This document shows positions 38,892 to 43,772 of a stretch of DNA of 43,772 nt, in pieces. The notes below the pieces were generated by a model. That model did not search any database and had not been told where the DNA came from. It worked only from the letters and a program-made list of their open reading frames with translations. The translations under genes and the position numbers were made by a program. Each line of letters opens with the position of its first letter. Positions within the stretch are counted from its first letter, which is position 1. This DNA is from Deltaproteobacteria bacterium TL4 (GTDB lineage: Bacteria; SAR324; NAC60-12), in NCBI GenBank assembly GCA_051382335.1, contig JBBCAX010000160.1, positions 1-43,772 of the forward strand. Reading direction: 5' to 3'.

Positions 38892-39851
38892 CTAAAGGCG
38901 AAACTTGATGAAGGCGACGGCAAAAATCAAAAGCAGGGCAAAAATAACCACCCCCATGGACGTGTATTGTGTTTGAGAGGTAGGGATATTTTGGATTGTT
39001 AAAGTAAGCGGTTTTGATGCGAGATCCCTGATTTTCCATGAAAGAAATTCTGAATCACCCATGGTTTGCGTTCCCGTAAATTGGAGATCTTCCGATTCAA
39101 TTTGAAGCACCTTGGTGAGCGTAAAAATTTGACCTTCTTGAAAGGGAAGTCGGAACTCTTTTTCTACCGTAAGGCTTCCGAAACTAGATGAAAGAAAGTA
39201 TTGGACGATAATCTGTGTGTTGCCTGGAGGAAAGCGTCGCATTAATTGTAAGTAATTGTTAAAAATTTCATAATCGGGTTGTTCCGGTTGGTTTTGGCCC
39301 ACCATCTGTACCTCCGTTGCGCCTTTCGGAAGATCAATAATCAGCGGTGTTTTATAGGTATCAATGGCTTCCTTGGTGGGGTTGTTAAAATAGAGAACCT
39401 CGGCAATGAGAACACGTCCAATATTCGCTTCAATAAACAGTGAGATCTGAGGTAGTTGCAACTTATCCGTCTCAATTGATGTCCCTGGTATAACCAAATC
39501 AACTTTAATTGAGGGTTTGTCTTCTTGCATAAAGAAATATTCAGAACTGAACAAATCTTCCTCAAGATTGGAACCTATACGATAAGCGGCTTTCGTATCC
39601 ACCGGAATGGACGTGAATTTATAGTACCCCTTTGAGTCTGTTTTTTGCTTTGCCAGAGGTCCATTTGTGGATAAAGTTCCTTGCGCATCCAATCCGAATT
39701 TTAATAGAACAACCTCCACTCCATCGACCGGTAAGCTTTTGCCTGAAGGGGGAACGACTTGTCCTTCAACCGTCACACCAGGAGTTTGATCCGCGAAACA
39801 AAGGGATGCGATGAAAATTCCCGCTATTAACAAATATTTTTTAAGCTGCAT
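38892..39851 (-). CDS. Exported protein with N-terminal carboxypeptidase-regulatory-like beta domain and C-terminal membrane anchor
   Basis: Signal peptide, VEGQV..GVEVVL..KTDSKGYYKF, terminal TM helix. Confidence 0.75.
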   Translation of the reverse strand: MQLKKYLLIAGIFIASLCFADQTPGVTVEGQVVPPSGKSLPVDGVEVVLLKFGLDAQGTLSTNGPLAKQKTDSKGYYKFTSIPVDTKAAYRIGSNLEEDLFSSEYFFMQEDKPSIKVDLVIPGTSIETDKLQLPQISLFIEANIGRVLIAEVLYFNNPTKEAIDTYKTPLIIDLPKGATEVQMVGQNQPEQPDYEIFNNYLQLMRRFPPGNTQIIVQYFLSSSFGSLTVEKEFRLPFQEGQIFTLTKVLQIESEDLQFTGTQTMGDSEFLSWKIRDLASKPLTLTIQNIPTSQTQYTSMGVVIFALLLIFAVAFIKFRL

Positions 39852-40102
39852 AGACCACGAAATCAGATAAAAGATTTAAAGTTCCAGCATGTGTTGATTT
39901 TCCTGAACTGAGAATAACGCACTCGATTAGATTGAGTAGTTTCTGGATACGCCAGAAAGAACGGATTCACGGGTCGTTTCCAAAAATCTAAATCAAACAG
40001 AATCAAAGCCAGCATTAATCCAGCAGTTCCCCCCTTCCATTCCGCGAGGGTACAAGGATTAGCACATGGTTCAAATATTGTACAGATTACATTTTAACAG
40101 GT

Positions 40103-40228
40103 TATAGGTGTTCGTGGTTCTAATCGCTCAATCACATTCTCGTTCCGTGGCTCTGCCTTGGAACGAGGTTTGAACACAAAAAATATTAATCAAAACAATA
40201 ATGTCAACAAAAACTCCGAACACCTATG
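40103..40228. mobile_element. IS4-like MITE (126 bp) with 10-bp target duplication and REP-like cargo
   Basis: TIR (T/C)ATAGGTGTTCG; flanks TTTAACAGGT / TTCAACAGGT; inner hairpin CTCGTTCC-GTGGCTCTGCCTT-GGAACGAG (40139-40167). Confidence 0.7.
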
Positions 40229-40502
40229 TTCAACAGGTTAAACTTTCATTTTTGGAGTGGATCCTACTTCCGAACAGTAAAACGAAATCAACGGCCAACG
40301 TAGGATTGTGTTCCCGCAAAAAAAAACGGGAACGTCATCCCAAACCACCTTTTGTTTGTTCTCATTGGCCGAAGTAGTGATCATGTAGAGTACCGCTTAG
40401 GCCAAGCAAATGAAGCTGTCACCCGGCGGGAGTATAGAGGTTCCATACGTAAAAAGAAAGTTATTTACGCTACGGATTCACTGAATATTCAAGCTCTACA
40501 CT

Positions 40503-40895
40503 TTACGGTTGACATGGATTTTCAGGGTTCTCCATACCCTCTGGATTTTCAGGGTTCTCCATAGCCTCTGGATTTTCAGTGTTCTCCATAGCCTCTGGAT
40601 TTTCAGTGTTCTCCATAGCCTCCATATCCTCCATAGTTTCAGGATTATCTACACTGGGAGCACTACCTGCATTATCCATAGTCTCAGGATTATCGGTTTT
40701 TTTTGACTTACAAGGATTGCATGTATCGTCCGAAGTGATGGGTTCGCAGGGATTGTCCATGCTGACAGGTTGGGGCTTCGGGTCACTCTTTTCTGCGGCA
40801 GGTGGGGTTGAAGATGTGGTACAGGCTGCAATTACCCATAAAACAACAGCGGTTAATAAAATACTCACATAGGACTTTCTTTTTTGTTTACTCAT
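40503..40895 (-). CDS. Small acidic lipoprotein with NPC motifs and Met/Glu repeats
   Basis: Lipobox IAAC; DNPC, CNPC, ENPCQP; ENPEAMENT repeats. Confidence 0.75.
   Translation of the reverse strand: MSKQKRKSYVSILLTAVVLWVIAACTTSSTPPAAEKSDPKPQPVSMDNPCEPITSDDTCNPCKSKKTDNPETMDNAGSAPSVDNPETMEDMEAMENTENPEAMENTENPEAMENPENPEGMENPENPCQP
40515..40622. repeat. Coding tandem repeat, 4 x 27 bp
   Basis: TGGATTTTCAG(G/T)GTTCTCCATA(G/C)CCTC at 40515, 40542, 40569, 40596. Confidence 0.9.
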
Positions 40896-41373
40896 AGTTC
40901 TCCCATAATTTTGAATGTTATTTTAATATAATTCCAGACTGTGAACCGGGCCTGTCCATGTACTGTTTTTGCCTTTTTTCATTTCACGAAATTCAGAAAT
41001 GAGAGGCATTCCCCCAACCTCATGCCGAGACAAATCAAGCCCATGACCAAGAGCTAAAAATCAACAACTTCCAGCATCCAAAGGGGTTCCATTCTTGTCA
41101 GGGAATCCAAAGGAGACGCGTTTCGAAGCTACTTTTTCTGTTCCTCAGTTCATATAACATCTGGCTTATAGACGATGTCACCACACTGTTACAAGCTTTT
41201 TTAAGAATAGATAACGGGTTTCTGACATACGCTGGTATCTCAGACGTTAACCAGTGGATGTTAATTGATAAAAAAATCGAAACCCATGAGTCATGGGCAA
41301 GATCAATAGGGGCTCTACCGGATCTGGTGTTGCGATTTTTTTAAAAAATTAGCATAAATCCGTATCGCCTTCA

Positions 41374-41612
41374 CATAGGTGTTTGGGGTTTAACCTAAAT
41401 GAATTCAGTTGCATATAATAAACATGTGGTGATAACCTCCGTTTTCAGATAGTCGAGCATCATCTCTCGTTTTTTGAGAATTGAGTAATAAATTTATGAA
41501 AACGGTGGTATCTTTGGTACTTTTCTAACTCACAATCGGAGATACCACCATGAAAAAAGAAGCGAACATACTCAAAAAGATTAGACTAACCCTTGAAGAT
41601 ATTGTTCCAGAT
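41374..41612 (+). mobile_element. Left-end remnant of an IS4-like element with the first codons of a probable transposase (ATG 41550)
   Basis: End CATAGGTGTTTGGGGTTT matches the MITE end CATAGGTGTTCGGAGTTT; hairpin GGTGGTATCT / AGATACCACC covers the RBS; MKKEANILKK frame is lost at the junction with IS66-like DNA. Confidence 0.45.
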
Positions 41613-41989
41613 AATGTCGTCCTTCATGAATCCAACACAACATCAGATATTTGGTGAGTAACTTAAATTGAGAGGCATCATCACGCAAAAGAATTTCGAT
41701 CACAGAAATTTCTGTTTCTTGATGGTAGGCGGAAATGGCACTGGCTTCCAAAATGGATTGGCGATAGGTTTTGTAGCGATCCGCCTGAGGAAAGAGTTCT
41801 TCAAGAAGGGTATCAATTCCCTGTTGGTTGAAAATGTGATTTTGTCTAAAGTCTTTCAAAAGTTCGATCCATTTATCAGGAACCTTCAATCATCCAAGCA
41901 ACTCATAGGTTTCCGCATTCAACAGAAAAGTTCGATCTTCAAAATTCCGTAGGACATCCAGAATCGTTAAGCGGTCTTTTTGAGGAGTC
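41611..41989 (-). pseudogene. IS66-like transposase fragment 1 (internal stop)
   Basis: TPQKDRLTILDVLRNF..LLG*LKVPDKW..DDASQFKLL..LCWIHEGRHY. Confidence 0.8.
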
Positions 41990-42053
41990 GAATTTAGAAA
42001 TACTTCCCCACTCGATCCCCCAGCGAATAAGTGTAATAAGCTATTGTTGAAAA
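41990..42053 (+). repeat. 64-bp dispersed direct repeat, copy 2
   Basis: 63/64 identical to 38534-38597; abuts transposase fragment 1. Confidence 0.85.
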
Positions 42054-42246
42054 ATTTGGATTTGATTAAGAAGTGTTCAGGAATAAGAAAGGTGCTGGTA
42101 AGAAATTACCAACTCCTTGCTTCATGCTTTTCAGGATATTAAGAGGGAGTTTTTTAACGCCAAGGAAGAACGAAGCTATGGTTTGTCGCTCATTAAGTAG
42201 GTTGATCTTGAGGGGCTGTGAAGCCTCTAAGCCCTTAGAGTCCCTT

Positions 42247-42790
42247 TCATTTTGGGTTTGATCTACCTCCGCTGTGATGAGAGCTTTTGCTGTAATCAAT
42301 TGGGCTAAGGGCCTCATTGGCCCGGGTTCCCTTAAGATTGATGGTATGGAGGCTGACATCACGTCGTCTTACCGCCGAACGAGCTCCTAATTCAGCGGAA
42401 TTATTGTGTAACGGGATTTGAGGGTACTTCAATACCTGTAAGAGCGCTTCAACTCTAGAGTGCGTTTTAGCGATTCTTTGATCTAACTCATGATAGCCTG
42501 TTTGAATGGAAAACAGTTCCTCAAATCGCTCTTGTAGTTGCTGAGCGACAACTTCAGTCGGTGCTTTTTGGAACTCACGTAACTGGTGGTAATACTTCCA
42601 AAAATCCTCAAGCATTGATTTCAGCCATTCTTGATGTAGTGGTACAATAGGAGAGAGTTTCTTATAATGACGCCCTTCGTGAATCCAACACAGAGCTAAA
42701 TCCAAGGCCAATAATTTGAATTGAGGCGCGTCATCACAAACTAACAACTCAAGACAGTCGTCTTCTAGATGATAAGCCGCGATAGCGGCG
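42247..42790 (-). pseudogene. IS66-like transposase fragment 2 (C-terminal part, internal deletion)
   Basis: AAIAAYH..DDAPQFKLL..LCWIHEGRHYKKL..PLHNNSAELGAR..RDVSL; overlaps fragment 1 in homology, so it is a separate copy. Confidence 0.82.
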
Positions 42791-42973
42791 TCAACTCACT
42801 CAAAATGTTCAGGAAACCTTTAAACTGAGAAGGTCAAAAAAACACATGGCTAATCGCGATACTGGAAGATTAGAGTCAACAGACTCGCTTAAATACAGAG
42901 TTGAGCCAGAGATAGAGGCCTTAGATGAGGCCGCATAACTATAATTTGTAAACATCAGATCCAAAAAACTTGA

Positions 42974-43153
42974 TCATCGAGTGACACCTCAGGGGCAACG
43001 GCGTTGATGTTAGCACAACAAGCAGGACATCAGGAAATTGTTCAATTGCTGCAACCTGAAACTCAACCTCTAATGGGATCACCGACGCTTTCACCCACAA
43101 TATTGCCTGACCGTCAAAACAAAAGTGATCCCCCGCAAAAGGTTGTCCTCTGA
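42974..43153 (+). pseudogene. C-terminal remnant of an ankyrin-repeat gene
   Basis: DTSGATALMLAQQAGHQEIVQLL fits the ankyrin consensus; in-frame TGA at 42971 just upstream; not in the ORF track. Confidence 0.7.
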
Positions 43154-43363
43154 CTCTCGTTTGTTCTAGGTACATTACCCTATTGCCAATCACCCTTCAA
43201 TGCTGTATTGGGATACGATAAATGAATCTAAAGCCGTAAGTGTGTGGAAGTCACGTAGCGTTTGTACCTTCATTACCAGGTTGTTTTAGTAAAGATGACA
43301 GAGACGGAGGAAAGCCAAGGAATACCATTCAAGTCACCCCCTAATCAATGACATAAGAGAAAA

Positions 43364-43660
43364 ATGAGAGATGATGAAAAAGACAAAGCACAACTCCTCC
43401 AAGAACTGGAGTTGGCAAGGCAGAAGATTGCAGAACTTGAAGAAACTTATGCGAAAACGTCGCATGATGTTTGGTGGCAAACTTTGGCCAAAATGTCTCC
43501 TGTCGGTATTTTTCTCACAGATGCGCAAGGAGCCTATCTTTACATCAACGAACGTTGGTGTGAATTAACAGGAATGTCTTATCGATACGCCCGTGGATCA
43601 GGCTGGAGTCAGTCTGTTCACCTTGAAGATCAAGAGCATGTGATCGTGACCTTCCGGTGA
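43364..43660 (+). pseudogene. PAS-domain sensor N-terminus interrupted by an IS
   Basis: KDKAQLLQELELARQKIAELE coil, then SPVGIFLTDAQG..YINERWCELTG..GWSQSVHLED; the PAS domain stops midway at the IS end. Confidence 0.8.
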
Positions 43661-43772
43661 GACTGGGTAACAATCCTCCTTTTTTTATGTATGATGTTCT
43701 TTTGAACACATCAAAGGAAAGGAGTCATCATGCAATCCCATCAAAAACCCACTTTAGAAGAAGTCCTTCGTC
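43646..43772 (+). mobile_element. Left end of a probable IS66-family element (accessory ORF from ATG 43730, runs off the edge)
   Basis: GTGACCTTCCGG.. end at the PAS breakpoint; strong AAGGAG RBS; MQSHQKPTLEEVLR resembles TnpA-like N-termini. Confidence 0.55.

Noticed and set aside
40515..40622. 27-bp repeats as a CRISPR array
   Set aside because: Head-to-tail with no spacers; coding

Overview
Bacterial chromosomal segment; the gene set (mqnD, tolA/B, clpPX, hypF) is compatible with a deltaproteobacterial-type organism, but taxonomy is not determined. 1-9.1 kb (minus strand): an apparently complete type III-D CRISPR-Cas effector operon. Its order is HD-less Cas10 with intact GGDD, Cas7, Csx10, two small-subunit-like genes, two Csx7-like Cas7, Csx19, terminal Cas7. 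It ends in a 63-aa Cas6-like stub that runs into hypF, which is open off the left edge and missed by the ORF track. No CRISPR array, cas1/cas2 or recognisable cOA effector is in the window. There is one repeat-like 30-mer at the cas6/hypF junction and a leader-like inverted-repeat region upstream of cas10. 9.5-38 kb is mostly housekeeping: lapA-like, sppA, histidine kinase, NAD kinase, tolA-tolB-cpoB without pal, a long coiled-coil protein, mqnD, class V aminotransferase, XPB helicase plus DUF790/Bax1, metalloprotease lipoprotein, a truncated 10-repeat lipoprotein, tig-clpP-clpX, PfkB kinase, U32 protein and tRNA-Arg(CCT). It also holds an unusual Phd-antitoxin-like/Hpt fusion gene. Intergenic regions carry several small TIR-bounded elements, each wrapping a different REP-like hairpin. 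38.5-43.8 kb is rich in IS debris, with decayed ankyrin and PAS gene remnants. All calls come from motif reading by eye; no database searches were run.
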